A stretch of 32,000 nt of DNA from Tannockella kyphosi (GCF_021054785.1 NZ_CP088239.1:960001-992000), one strand, 5' to 3'. Positions 7,367 to 16,616 are shown, counted from the first letter of the stretch. Numbers and translations: made by a program. Notes: a model not told the origin generated them from the letters alone.

Positions 7367-8345
7367 TTTCTAACCATTCCTTTTGAACTTTATCAATTAC
7401 TTTTAATCCATATAAATAGTCATAACAATTTTGATAAGTAAAATAATCACTACTTTCCTTATTAAAATAATCCAAAAGCTGTGCTTTATTAATTAGTTCT
7501 CCAATAACAATCGTTTTCTTGATAAGATTTTGGTGTAATAAAGATTGATTTAGAACACCTATTAATGTTTCTTGGATATCAAGGGCTTCACATTCTAAAT
7601 TAAATAACCTTTGAATAGTAGTTATACAACTACTTGCATGAATAGTAGCAAGCACCAAATGACCCGTTAAAGCTGCACTAACAGCTAATTTAGCTGTTTT
7701 CGTATCTCTAACCTCCCCTATGACAATTACATCAGGATCATGCCTTAAAACCTGTTTTAAAGTATCGTGATACGTGATATCCATTGATTCATTAATTTGT
7801 ATTTGCAAACATTTCTTTTTATTCACCTCAATAGGATCTTCTAAAGTAATAATATGAAAATTATCTTGTTTAATTAATTCATCAATTATGGTATATAGTG
7901 TGGTAGACTTCCCAGATCCAGTCGGTCCACTAATAACAAACAATCCTTGTTTTCGCGTAACTAACCATTCCAAATATTCTTGAATCGGTTTTATAATAAA
8001 TAGAGAATGAAATTCTAAGTCAGGATGGTTATCTAAAATTCTAATCACTAAACTTTCCATTGTTAAACTAGGAATACTTGATATCCTTAAATTATAATTA
8101 ATTTGTTTATAAAGAAACACAAAATGACCAGTCTGTGGTTTTAGTTTATAATTCACATCGATATTAGAAAGAAATTTAAGTTGATTAATTAATCGCAACC
8201 CTTGTTCATATTGTTGTTTTATAACGAATTCACGGACACCATGAATTCGATAATAAATCATACATTCTTTATCCAACGTAATATGAATGTCACTCGCATT
8301 TTGTTTTATTGCACTAACAAATATTTTTTCAAACTGATCGTTCAT
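7359..8345 (-). CDS. comGA: ComGA / type IV pilus-type secretion ATPase
   Basis: 328 aa with Walker A GPTGSGKST, Asp box and Walker B region (DPDVIVIGEVRD) and His box (TGHLVLATIHA). RBS GGGAGGGA. Confidence 0.92.
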   Translation of the reverse strand: MNDQFEKIFVSAIKQNASDIHITLDKECMIYYRIHGVREFVIKQQYEQGLRLINQLKFLSNIDVNYKLKPQTGHFVFLYKQINYNLRISSIPSLTMESLVIRILDNHPDLEFHSLFIIKPIQEYLEWLVTRKQGLFVISGPTGSGKSTTLYTIIDELIKQDNFHIITLEDPIEVNKKKCLQIQINESMDITYHDTLKQVLRHDPDVIVIGEVRDTKTAKLAVSAALTGHLVLATIHASSCITTIQRLFNLECEALDIQETLIGVLNQSLLHQNLIKKTIVIGELINKAQLLDYFNKESSDYFTYQNCYDYLYGLKVIDKVQKEWLENG

Positions 8346-8393
8346 TATTTATCCCTCCCACTAGGATATACTAATGAACAATACAAATTACTT

Positions 8394-8420
8394 TAAAAAA
8401 AAAGAAACTTTCGTTTCTTT
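8394..8420 (-). terminator. rho-independent terminator after the MBL-fold hydrolase gene
   Basis: Arms agaaac (8403-8408) and gtttct (8413-8418). The A-run 8394-8402 gives a U-run on the minus strand. Separates the hydrolase gene from the comG promoter region. Confidence 0.6.
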
Positions 8421-9029
8421 TTAGAAATATGGATTTGTTTCTTGTTCTTGTTTTAAAGTTGTACTAGGACCATGACCAGGGTAAACTACTGCATCATAAT
8501 CGAGTGACTTCATTTTTTGAATGGATTGAATCGTATCATGCTTAGAAGAACTTGGAAAATCAAATCTCCCGATAGAACCTTGAAAAAGAACATCTCCACT
8601 AAAAATAATATTCTCTTTTACAAAACGAATCATCGAACTTCCTTGACAATGTCCTGGTAAAAACATCCATTCTATATCAAAAGAACCAATTGTAAAATAA
8701 GTAGGTGCTTCTAATGTTGGAGACTCCACAACAAAAGAATTCCCATGACATGATAAATTCAAACTTGGTTGCACGATCATTTCGATTGTTTCTTGATGAC
8801 AATAAATAGGACAAGGATATTGTTTATAAACATAATCAACAGCCCCAATATGATCATGATGTCCATGAGTTAATAAAATAGCATCCACCATTAGTTCATT
8901 TTCATTCAAATAATTCACTATTTTTCTTCCTATTGATCCAGGATCAATAATAATACAATGTTTATGTTCATCTTGAACAATATAACAATTAGTTTGATAA
9001 CTACCTAAGACTAATGTTTTTAATTTCAT
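8421..9029 (-). CDS. MBL-fold metallo-hydrolase (YqgX / glyoxalase II-like)
   Basis: ORF track 8421..9044 starts at TTG. Preferred start is the ATG at 9029, after GGAGGGA. Contains the metallo-beta-lactamase motif THGHHDH. Lies next to comG, as yqgX does in B. subtilis. Confidence 0.85.
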   Translation of the reverse strand: MKLKTLVLGSYQTNCYIVQDEHKHCIIIDPGSIGRKIVNYLNENELMVDAILLTHGHHDHIGAVDYVYKQYPCPIYCHQETIEMIVQPSLNLSCHGNSFVVESPTLEAPTYFTIGSFDIEWMFLPGHCQGSSMIRFVKENIIFSGDVLFQGSIGRFDFPSSSKHDTIQSIQKMKSLDYDAVVYPGHGPSTTLKQEQETNPYF

Positions 9030-9099
9030 TTCATTTCCCTCCAATGATTCACTACTCTTTACCTCTTCTATTTTAGACGATTCAAAATAAAAATCAATA

Positions 9100-9137
9100 A
9101 AATAAAAACCAACAAAGTTATATTTGTTGGCTTTTTT
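9100..9137 (-). terminator. rho-independent terminator after rpmG (symmetric, possibly bidirectional)
   Basis: Arms ccaacaaa (9109-9116) and tttgttgg (9123-9130), flanked by an A-run on one side and a T-run on the other. Confidence 0.6.
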
Positions 9138-9142
9138 AAAAA

Positions 9143-9292
9143 TTATTTTTTTTCTTTGTGTACTTTTTTAGCGTTACATCTTGGACAATATTTATTAACT
9201 TCCATTCTGTCAGGATGATTTCTTTTATTTTTTGTATTAATATAGTTTTCTTCGCCACATTCTGTACATTTTAAAATAATATTTTCTCTCAT
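9143..9292 (-). CDS. rpmG: 50S ribosomal protein L33 (Zn-ribbon C+ form)
   Basis: ORF track 9143..9331. True start is the ATG at 9292, giving [49 protein letters not shown] (49 aa), with two CxxC pairs. Confidence 0.95.
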   Translation of the reverse strand: MRENIILKCTECGEENYINTKNKRNHPDRMEVNKYCPRCNAKKVHKEKK

Positions 9293-9396
9293 GATTGCAC
9301 CTCCATTACCTAAACTTTCGAGACTAATCATAACATACTATAAAAGGAAATACTAGTTAATTTTTAACATATTTTCATAAGTCGCTAATTATAATC

Positions 9397-10065
9397 TTAT
9401 AAAGTATCTTTATGATATACAAACTCCCAATCTGCGTTAAAATCATCGACTGCTTTTTCGATATTTGGATTCGCAAATATTTGCTTTAAAACCGCTACTG
9501 GTGCAGTAATTGCTTGAGAACCACTATTAAATGAATCTTTTACTTGTTGAACTCCTTTAAAGCTAGCAGCTAAAATTTTACAATCATAACCATCCATAAG
9601 GATACGATTCGATAATTCTGTAATCAATTCATAAGGATCACTTCCTAAATTACCAATACGATTTACATAAGGAGCAATATAATCAGCCCCACTAGCAAGT
9701 GCTATATAACCTTGCATTAAATCATAAACAGCAGTAGCAGTAACATGAACTCCCTGTGCTTTTAATGCTTTAATTGCTTTTGTCCCTTCATATGAAACAG
9801 GTACCTTGATATAAACTTGATCATCTATTTTTTCTAAAATAGTTTTAGCTTCTAACATTATTCCTTCATAATCTTTTGAAATAACTTGAACATGTAAACT
9901 TCTTTCCATACCAATAATTTTTCTTACTTCTTTCATATGATTAAAGAAATCTTCTGGTGCTGTTGCTTTTACAATTGACGGATTACTAGTAACACCGACA
10001 ATTGGCATATATTCTACTGCTTCTTTAATATCTTTTAAATCAATTGTATCAACTATAAATTCCAT
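9397..10065 (-). CDS. fsa: fructose-6-phosphate aldolase / transaldolase-like class I aldolase (Fsa/TalC family)
   Basis: 222 aa. Aligns along its length with E. coli FsaA (VDTxD, GVTSNPSI, catalytic Lys in IKVPV, APYVNR, AASFK). RBS AAGGAGAA. Lies 14 nt downstream of the GRE gene. Confidence 0.88.
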   Translation of the reverse strand: MEFIVDTIDLKDIKEAVEYMPIVGVTSNPSIVKATAPEDFFNHMKEVRKIIGMERSLHVQVISKDYEGIMLEAKTILEKIDDQVYIKVPVSYEGTKAIKALKAQGVHVTATAVYDLMQGYIALASGADYIAPYVNRIGNLGSDPYELITELSNRILMDGYDCKILAASFKGVQQVKDSFNSGSQAITAPVAVLKQIFANPNIEKAVDDFNADWEFVYHKDTL

Positions 10066-10078
10066 TTCTTTTTTCTCC

Positions 10079-12490
10079 TTATATTGTTTGTTCTGTTCTT
10101 TCTATAATATCATCTTGTGTTGCCTTCGACAAGACGTTAAAGAATGCTGAATAGCCAGCAACTCTTACTATTAAATCACGATGATCTTCGGGATGTATTT
10201 GAGCATCTATTAATGTTTCTTTGGAAACAACATTGTATTGTACATGATATCCATCTAAACGATTAAAGAATGTTTTTATCATCATCTGTAATTTTTGATT
10301 ATTTTCATTTGATTCTAACATTTGTGGGGTTACTTTTTGATTCAACAATACACCACCTGTGATTTCTTTAGTAGGTAATTTTGAAACTGATTTAAATATT
10401 GCTGTTGGTCCATTTTGATCCATTGAATGAGATGGTGAACAACCTTCTGCTAAAGGAGCTCTTGCTTTTCTTCCGTCTGGCGTTGCCATCGTTGCAAATC
10501 CTTGACCAACATTTGCTGAGATACTTGATGTTCCGGCATAACGTATACCACCTATTGGTCCCCTTTGATGACGAGTATTCGGATATTTTTTCATCTCATC
10601 AATATAGATTTGATAAACATCAACAACTAATTGATCTGCATAATCATCATCATTGCCATATTTAGGTGCATCATATATCAAAAGTTGTTGCACTTTTTTG
10701 CTCTTTTCACTTGAAAAATCATCCTCTAAAGCATCCATTAATTGATCACATGAAATTTTCTTTTCTTCAAATACTAATTTCTTAATAGCAGCAAGACTAT
10801 CTGCCATATTTGCAATACCAACTTGTAGACCGGAAATAAAATCATAAATTGCTCCGCCTTCTTTAATTGTTTTTCCTCTACCAATACAATCTTGTGTTAA
10901 AGCAGAGCATAAAACATCGGGAACTTCTCTTTCTAGGGCTAAATCAATAGCATTTTCTACAATAACGCTCATTCTAGTAATTTCACGAAGTGCTTTATCT
11001 ATTGCTTGCATTAGTTCATCAAATGAATGCATCTCTCTAAAATTACCAGAGCCTTCAATAAAACGATCTTTCGATGTTGGATCAATTCCATCATTCATAA
11101 CAATTAATAATATTTTAGGAAAATTAATATAACTCATTCCAGTACAACGATATCCCCACTTTCCTGGTACAGCTGTTTCAACACAACCAATAGCAGAATA
11201 ATTATAAGCATCTTCTTCACTAACACCTTTTTCTATAAAAGATGGAATAATAATTTCATCATTATTAAAAGCCGGCATCCCTGTTCCTAGTTTCATTACT
11301 TCAATTGCTTCATTCATAAAATCACTTGGCATATTACGATGATATCTTACTGTAAGATTGGGTTGGGGTAATTTTGTTTGAGCGACTGACTTTAGTACTA
11401 AATAGGACATTTCATTGGTAGCATCTTTTTTATCAGGTGTTTGTCCACCAACAGTAACATTTTGATACATTGGACTACCAGCACTAGAGAAAGTATGTGA
11501 CTGACTTCGTATTTTATTTATAGTCATTGTTTTAATCCATAAGTTTGTTAATAATTCACTAGCTTGATCTTCTGTAATTCTTTTTTCTTTTCTATCTTTC
11601 AGATAGAACGGATTCATATATTGATCAAATCTTCCATAAGAAAGCGAATGACCATTTGATTCTATTTGTAAAATTAGTTGAATAAACCATGTTGATTGGA
11701 TTGCTTCATGATAGGTAGTAGCTGGCATATAAGGTACTTTTGTACAAATATGACTTATTTCTAACAGCTCTTTTTTTCTCGGTCCTAGAGCACTTTTCGA
11801 TAGTTCTAAAGCTAGTTTGCTATAACGTAGAGCATATGTTTTAACAGCTTGAATAACGATTAGAACAGCTTTATAAAATTGATACTTATCAATATTTTCA
11901 ACAACACATAAATCCAACTTTTCCAACAAATCATTTACTCTTTGTTCATAAGCAATTAAACCATTCTTTAAAACATATTCGTAATCAACTGCTAAATGAG
12001 CATCCCCAGAATTTAGTTTTCCTTCCATTCCAAAAAAGCCATGCTTCATAAATACATCTACTTTATCAGGCAATAACGCTCCCCCAGTACTACGAAGATT
12101 ATTATTTTCCCAAAAAGGAGCAATAGAACGCAAATCTTTTTTTGTTTGTTCTGTAATATAGAAAACATCCCCATCACGTTTTTCAAAAAGATCTAATTCT
12201 TTAATCACAAAATCCAAAGTATATTCTGGAAATACAGGCGCATCATTATTAGAAGAAGCTTGGTTTCCAACAATAAGTGTTTGATCTTCAATATAGATAT
12301 CCATCTTTTCCAAAATATTTTGTAACATCAAAGCTCTTTTCATAACAGCACATAAATGTTGATTTTGTTGATACACCTCTGTTACTAATAACGCTCTTTG
12401 ACTACAAATATATGGTTTTTTTGTTAATACTGACTCACGATATGAATCCATTCGTGAAGTTAAAAATCCAAAATGACTATTCTTTTCCAT
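10079..12490 (-). CDS. glycyl radical enzyme, PFL-fold, PflD/YbiW-like (eliminase/dehydratase-type active site), not a true pyruvate formate-lyase
   Basis: 803 aa. C-terminal glycyl radical loop RVAGYSAFF. Thiyl loop is AIGCVETAV, with a single Cys followed by Glu at +2 rather than the Cys-Cys of PflB. RBS AAGGAGGGA. Confidence 0.92.
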   Translation of the reverse strand: MEKNSHFGFLTSRMDSYRESVLTKKPYICSQRALLVTEVYQQNQHLCAVMKRALMLQNILEKMDIYIEDQTLIVGNQASSNNDAPVFPEYTLDFVIKELDLFEKRDGDVFYITEQTKKDLRSIAPFWENNNLRSTGGALLPDKVDVFMKHGFFGMEGKLNSGDAHLAVDYEYVLKNGLIAYEQRVNDLLEKLDLCVVENIDKYQFYKAVLIVIQAVKTYALRYSKLALELSKSALGPRKKELLEISHICTKVPYMPATTYHEAIQSTWFIQLILQIESNGHSLSYGRFDQYMNPFYLKDRKEKRITEDQASELLTNLWIKTMTINKIRSQSHTFSSAGSPMYQNVTVGGQTPDKKDATNEMSYLVLKSVAQTKLPQPNLTVRYHRNMPSDFMNEAIEVMKLGTGMPAFNNDEIIIPSFIEKGVSEEDAYNYSAIGCVETAVPGKWGYRCTGMSYINFPKILLIVMNDGIDPTSKDRFIEGSGNFREMHSFDELMQAIDKALREITRMSVIVENAIDLALEREVPDVLCSALTQDCIGRGKTIKEGGAIYDFISGLQVGIANMADSLAAIKKLVFEEKKISCDQLMDALEDDFSSEKSKKVQQLLIYDAPKYGNDDDYADQLVVDVYQIYIDEMKKYPNTRHQRGPIGGIRYAGTSSISANVGQGFATMATPDGRKARAPLAEGCSPSHSMDQNGPTAIFKSVSKLPTKEITGGVLLNQKVTPQMLESNENNQKLQMMIKTFFNRLDGYHVQYNVVSKETLIDAQIHPEDHRDLIVRVAGYSAFFNVLSKATQDDIIERTEQTI

Positions 12491-12507
12491 TATTCCCTCC
12501 TTGTATG

Positions 12508-12519
12508 TTTCAAATGAAA
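12508..12519. promoter_or_regulatory. palindrome TTTCA-N2-TGAAA, copy 1, in the GRE 5' leader
   Basis: tttcaaatgaaa lies 18 nt upstream of the GRE start codon. The same half-sites recur at 12601-12612. Confidence 0.3.
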
Positions 12520-12600
12520 TATATATTTACTTCAAAAGTTAACTTTATTATAATACAAATCTAAAATATGTCAATAATTATAGTATTTTAAATAAATAAG

Positions 12601-12612
12601 TTTCATATGAAA
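12601..12612. promoter_or_regulatory. palindrome TTTCA-N2-TGAAA, copy 2 (perfect), just upstream of the activase promoter
   Basis: tttcatatgaaa is a perfect 12-bp palindrome, 9 nt upstream of the candidate -35 of the activase gene. Confidence 0.3.
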
Positions 12613-12620
12613 TTAGGATA

Positions 12621-12649
12621 TTTACTTTTTGAAATCAATATGCTATGAT
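12621..12649 (+). promoter_or_regulatory. candidate extended -10 promoter for the GRE activase gene
   Basis: TTTACT (12621-12626), N17, TATGAT (12644-12649), with TG at 12641-12642 (TGcTATGAT). Lies about 20 nt upstream of the RBS AGGAGAA. Confidence 0.3.
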
Positions 12650-12670
12650 TAAAAAAATAGGAGAAACAAG

Positions 12671-13567
12671 ATGGAACAAGGATTGATTTTTAATATTCAA
12701 AAATTTAGTATTCATGATGGTCCCGGTATCCGTACGACTGTCTTTTTTAAAGGTTGTCCATTAAAATGTGATTGGTGTTCGAATCCAGAGTCACAATTAA
12801 ATAAAATACAAATATTATGTGACCATAATAAATGTATCCATTGCAATAATTGTCAACAACGATGCCCAGTTAACGCTATATCCTTCCATCATAATAAAGT
12901 ATATATCGATAATAACAAATGCATCGGTTGTTTAAAATGTGTAGAGAATTGCCCTACTAAAAGCTTAAGTGTGGAGGGAGAATGGAAAGAAATAGATCAA
13001 ATAGTAAAAACTTGTTTACAAGATAAAGATTTTTATGAAGAATCTGGAGGTGGTGTTACTATTTCTGGTGGGGAAGCAATGATTCAGCCTTCTTTTTTAA
13101 AAGATTTAGTTAATGAATTAAAAAAAGAAAATATCCATTTAGCCATTGAAACAACAGGTTATGTTAAAAGTAGTATCTTTTTTCAGTTAGCTCCGTTGTT
13201 TGATTTATTACTTTTTGATGTTAAGCATCATAACACAAAAACACATCAAGAACATACTGGTGTGTTTCATGAACAAATTATTTCTAATTTGTCATGGGCA
13301 ATTTCTAATAATATCAATGTTTTAGTTCGAATTGCAGTGATTCCAGATTTTAACAATACTTTAGAAGATGCGAAAGCTTTTAGCACCTTATTAAAAAGTA
13401 TTGGTGTTACAAAGGTTCAACTTCTACCCTTTCATCAATTTGGAGAAAATAAATATAATTTATTAAATAGATCTTATAAAATGGCAAATAAAAAAGCCTT
13501 ACATCCAGAAGATTTAAACAAATATGTTCAAATCTTTTTAGACCAAGGCATTGATTGTTTTATTTAG
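12671..13567 (+). CDS. glycyl-radical enzyme activating protein (radical SAM, PflC/YbiY-like with two auxiliary ferredoxin-type clusters)
   Basis: 298 aa. Radical SAM motif CPLKCDWC (CX3CX2C). Two further motifs, CIHCNNCQQRCP and CIGCLKCVENCP. Divergent from the GRE gene. Confidence 0.92.
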   Translation: MEQGLIFNIQKFSIHDGPGIRTTVFFKGCPLKCDWCSNPESQLNKIQILCDHNKCIHCNNCQQRCPVNAISFHHNKVYIDNNKCIGCLKCVENCPTKSLSVEGEWKEIDQIVKTCLQDKDFYEESGGGVTISGGEAMIQPSFLKDLVNELKKENIHLAIETTGYVKSSIFFQLAPLFDLLLFDVKHHNTKTHQEHTGVFHEQIISNLSWAISNNINVLVRIAVIPDFNNTLEDAKAFSTLLKSIGVTKVQLLPFHQFGENKYNLLNRSYKMANKKALHPEDLNKYVQIFLDQGIDCFI

Positions 13568-13590
13568 AGTGTTTTACACTCTTTTTATTT
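13566..13590 (+). terminator. terminator hairpin between the convergent activase and DeoR genes
   Basis: Arms agagtg (13566-13571) and cactct (13577-13582), then ttttatttt. The T-run overlaps the DeoR stop codon. Confidence 0.5.
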
Positions 13591-14334
13591 TGCTTTACAA
13601 ACATGGATATTTTGTGACAATAAATATTGTTCCATATCTTCAGGTATAAATTCATCTGTATAAACTGTATTAATTTTTGAAACATCTAACAAGCTAACTA
13701 CTCCTTGTTGTTTGAATTTAACAGAATCAGTAACAATACAAACCTTATTTGCTTGTTTTGCCATATCTTGGACAGCTTCATTACGCATATAATTATTACC
13801 TGTAAAACCTGATTCAATAGTAAATCCATCTGTACCAATAAATAATTTATCTACATAAAATGATTCAACACATTTACGAATCATTGGACCTACCATTACT
13901 TGTGATTCATTTTGATATTCACCACCTAATAAGATTGTTTTCAAACCACCTAGTTTACGAATATAATCAGCAATAAATGCAGAGTTTGTTATCACTGTAA
14001 CATCTTTTTTTGTTTTAGCTATTTCTTGAGCTACCAAAGCACAAGAAGAACCTGATTCGATCATTACTGTTTCTCCATCACTAATTGTTTCAACAGCACA
14101 TTTTGCTATTCTTTGTTTATTTTCATAATGATAAGCTAATCGAATATTGATATCGTCACATTCATTTAAACGTGCAAAACCATGTTCTCTAATTACAATT
14201 CCTTTTGATTCTAAAACATCTAAATCTTTTCGAATCGTTACTTGTGATACTTCTAAGATATCCGATAGTTTGACAACTTCTAATTTCTTATATTCTGTTA
14301 ATAAATCTAATATTTTAGCATGTCTTTTATTCAT
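13585..14334 (-). CDS. DeoR/GlpR family transcriptional regulator (sugar-phosphate sensing type)
   Basis: ORF track 13585..14352 starts at GTG. Preferred start is the ATG at 14334, after GAGGTGA. N-terminal DeoR HTH (ILDLLTEYKKLEVVKLSDILEVSQVTIRKDLDVLE) and a DeoR C-terminal sensor domain. Confidence 0.88.
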   Translation of the reverse strand: MNKRHAKILDLLTEYKKLEVVKLSDILEVSQVTIRKDLDVLESKGIVIREHGFARLNECDDINIRLAYHYENKQRIAKCAVETISDGETVMIESGSSCALVAQEIAKTKKDVTVITNSAFIADYIRKLGGLKTILLGGEYQNESQVMVGPMIRKCVESFYVDKLFIGTDGFTIESGFTGNNYMRNEAVQDMAKQANKVCIVTDSVKFKQQGVVSLLDVSKINTVYTDEFIPEDMEQYLLSQNIHVCKAK

Positions 14335-14400
14335 GTGATTCACCTCTATCACAACAATAACACAGCCCTATTCCATTAGCAAGTATTTGTCCTTTCATTT

Positions 14401-14436
14401 GAATAAAATAAGAGTAAAGAACGAATTCTTTACTCT
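14401..14436 (-). terminator. rho-independent terminator after the PBP gene (hairpin overlaps the stop codon)
   Basis: Arms agagtaaaga (14411-14420) and tctttactct (14427-14436), followed by a U-rich tract on the minus strand. Confidence 0.6.
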
Positions 14437-16517
14437 ATATCATATACATATTTTTCAAAATAAGCATCCATAATCTCTGCTGCAATAAGATGCGTATAAG
14501 ATCCACTATTTTTTCTAGGTAATACGATTGCAAAAACAACTTCAGCTTCACCGTCAATTGCTGACCATCCAGTTGCTGCAAGATTAGAATAATCAACACC
14601 TGTACCAGTTGAATAATCAAAAACCTGAGCAGTACCAGATTTCACATACATATCATAATCATAATCGCTAGTTTGCCATCCACTATAACAAGTTCCATAA
14701 GTTTGCGTAACACAATCTGAATAACCTTCCCAAATTCTTTCAAAAGCCAAGTCTTCATCTTCAATAATATCCATTACTTCTACATCATTACTATAGGTTG
14801 TATAAGCTTCTCCTAAACTATCTGTTTGGAATCCACTTAAAACTAGTCGAGGTGATACCTTGACACCTTTATTTGCAATCGTCGCAGTATATTGTGCTAA
14901 TTGAATTGGTGTATAACTATCATATTGTCCAATAACGAAGTCTAACAATAAACCAGATGTACGGTTTGAATAAGAGCCACGATATCCTAAGGCTTCTTCT
15001 GGAACATCGATTCCTGTTTTTACTCCAAGTCCTAATTCAGCATAAGATGCTCGCAATGTATCAAAAGCAGTTGTATTAATAACCAAAGATTGATTATAAG
15101 AATAACTTCCTCCTCCTAAACGAATAGCAATATTAAACATATAAACATTCGAAGATCTAGCTAGCGCATAAACATCATCAACCCATCCCATATCAGTCCA
15201 AGAAGATTTTTCTGCAGTATCTTTGATTTTGATAGGAGTATCATAAAACTCTTCACCAGGGTAAATCAAATCATTTTTATAAGCAGTATAAATTGTTCCA
15301 CCTTTTACTGTAGAACCCATTAAATATGCACTCTTGTAATTACCATCCGCATAATCATAAACAGTCCCTGTCTCTCGATCGATTGTTTTACCAGACATAA
15401 CCAAAACATCACCCGTATCTGCATCCATTAAAATAAAGAAAGCTTCTGTAAAAAACTCATTATCCGTAGTGGAAACTAAAACATCTGTTAACAGCTCATC
15501 CGCTAAGGTTTGAAGTTCCCAATCAATCGTCAACTGTAAACTAGTTCCTCCTACCCCTTCACTTTCTTCTTCTTTATAATAATTACCATTTTCATCAACA
15601 GATATTGTATAAGTAGAATCAATTCCTCGTAATAATGTATCATACTCTTCTTCTATCCCAGAGACACCCACACGAGAGTTGTTTTGTAAACCTAAACTAA
15701 GCAATTCATTTGCAAGTTCAATTGGTAATCCTTGAGATGAAGTTGTTACAGTACCCAATACACCTGAAAAAGAACTACCCATCACTTTAACACGAGACCA
15801 ATCACTGCTAACCGAAACACATTTCAATAAATTCGCATTAGCACCAATAATACTCGCCTCTTCTACCGACAAGTTTTCTACTAATGTAATTGTTCCACTT
15901 CCAGTAGCACCTATTAAATAAACAATACAAGTATACATTAATGTTTCATCATCCATGTATTCTTCCATTAATTCTTCCGTAATTAATCCTATTTGTAATG
16001 CATATAATGCACTAGAGTAATCATCACTTAATTGTAAACTAACTTCTTGTTCTTCTGTAATTAAAGCATTAACAATATCCGGATATGCTATTAAAAAATA
16101 ATCTTTCGATTCTCTGGTAGAAATAGAATCTACATTGACTTCACAATTAGCAATTAAAAAGTTTGCAATTAACTCAGTTTGAGCACTACTCGTACTACTA
16201 CCATAATAAATTGCACTTAAAGAATTCTCATTTACAACTAAATCAACCCCATTACGATCAGTAATAGTTCCCCTTGTTGCATCAGTAGTATATTCTACAA
16301 CCCCATATTGTTCTAATTTAACAATATATAAATCATGATTCGTTACCTGGATATAATATAATCGAACTAACAAAACAATAGCAAGCATAAAAAGAGCTCC
16401 TAAAACAATAAATAGTCGTTTTTGGATAAGAATATCTTTTTTGTTTTTTCTTTCTAATTCAACTTCATTCATTCCTTCAAAATGAATGTCACTAAATTCT
16501 TTTTTGTTAAATTTCAT
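14430..16517 (-). CDS. class B penicillin-binding protein (PBP2-type transpeptidase)
   Basis: 695 aa with an N-terminal TM anchor. Transpeptidase motifs are STVK (SxxK), SSN (SxN) and KSGT (KT/SG). RBS GGAGGAA. Confidence 0.9.
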   Translation of the reverse strand: MKFNKKEFSDIHFEGMNEVELERKNKKDILIQKRLFIVLGALFMLAIVLLVRLYYIQVTNHDLYIVKLEQYGVVEYTTDATRGTITDRNGVDLVVNENSLSAIYYGSSTSSAQTELIANFLIANCEVNVDSISTRESKDYFLIAYPDIVNALITEEQEVSLQLSDDYSSALYALQIGLITEELMEEYMDDETLMYTCIVYLIGATGSGTITLVENLSVEEASIIGANANLLKCVSVSSDWSRVKVMGSSFSGVLGTVTTSSQGLPIELANELLSLGLQNNSRVGVSGIEEEYDTLLRGIDSTYTISVDENGNYYKEEESEGVGGTSLQLTIDWELQTLADELLTDVLVSTTDNEFFTEAFFILMDADTGDVLVMSGKTIDRETGTVYDYADGNYKSAYLMGSTVKGGTIYTAYKNDLIYPGEEFYDTPIKIKDTAEKSSWTDMGWVDDVYALARSSNVYMFNIAIRLGGGSYSYNQSLVINTTAFDTLRASYAELGLGVKTGIDVPEEALGYRGSYSNRTSGLLLDFVIGQYDSYTPIQLAQYTATIANKGVKVSPRLVLSGFQTDSLGEAYTTYSNDVEVMDIIEDEDLAFERIWEGYSDCVTQTYGTCYSGWQTSDYDYDMYVKSGTAQVFDYSTGTGVDYSNLAATGWSAIDGEAEVVFAIVLPRKNSGSYTHLIAAEIMDAYFEKYVYDIE

Positions 16518-16587
16518 ATTATTCCTCCATTAATTGGTATTATAAACTAGTTTAATTTTAATGTAAATAAAAGAGCAAATTTCACAT

Positions 16588-16616
16588 AAAAATAAAAAGT
16601 GGTAGTACCACTTTTT
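16588..16616 (-). terminator. rho-independent terminator after lepA
   Basis: Near-perfect palindrome aaaaagtggta / taccacttttt (16594-16616), with the A-run 16588-16598 giving a U-tract on the minus strand. Confidence 0.65.
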
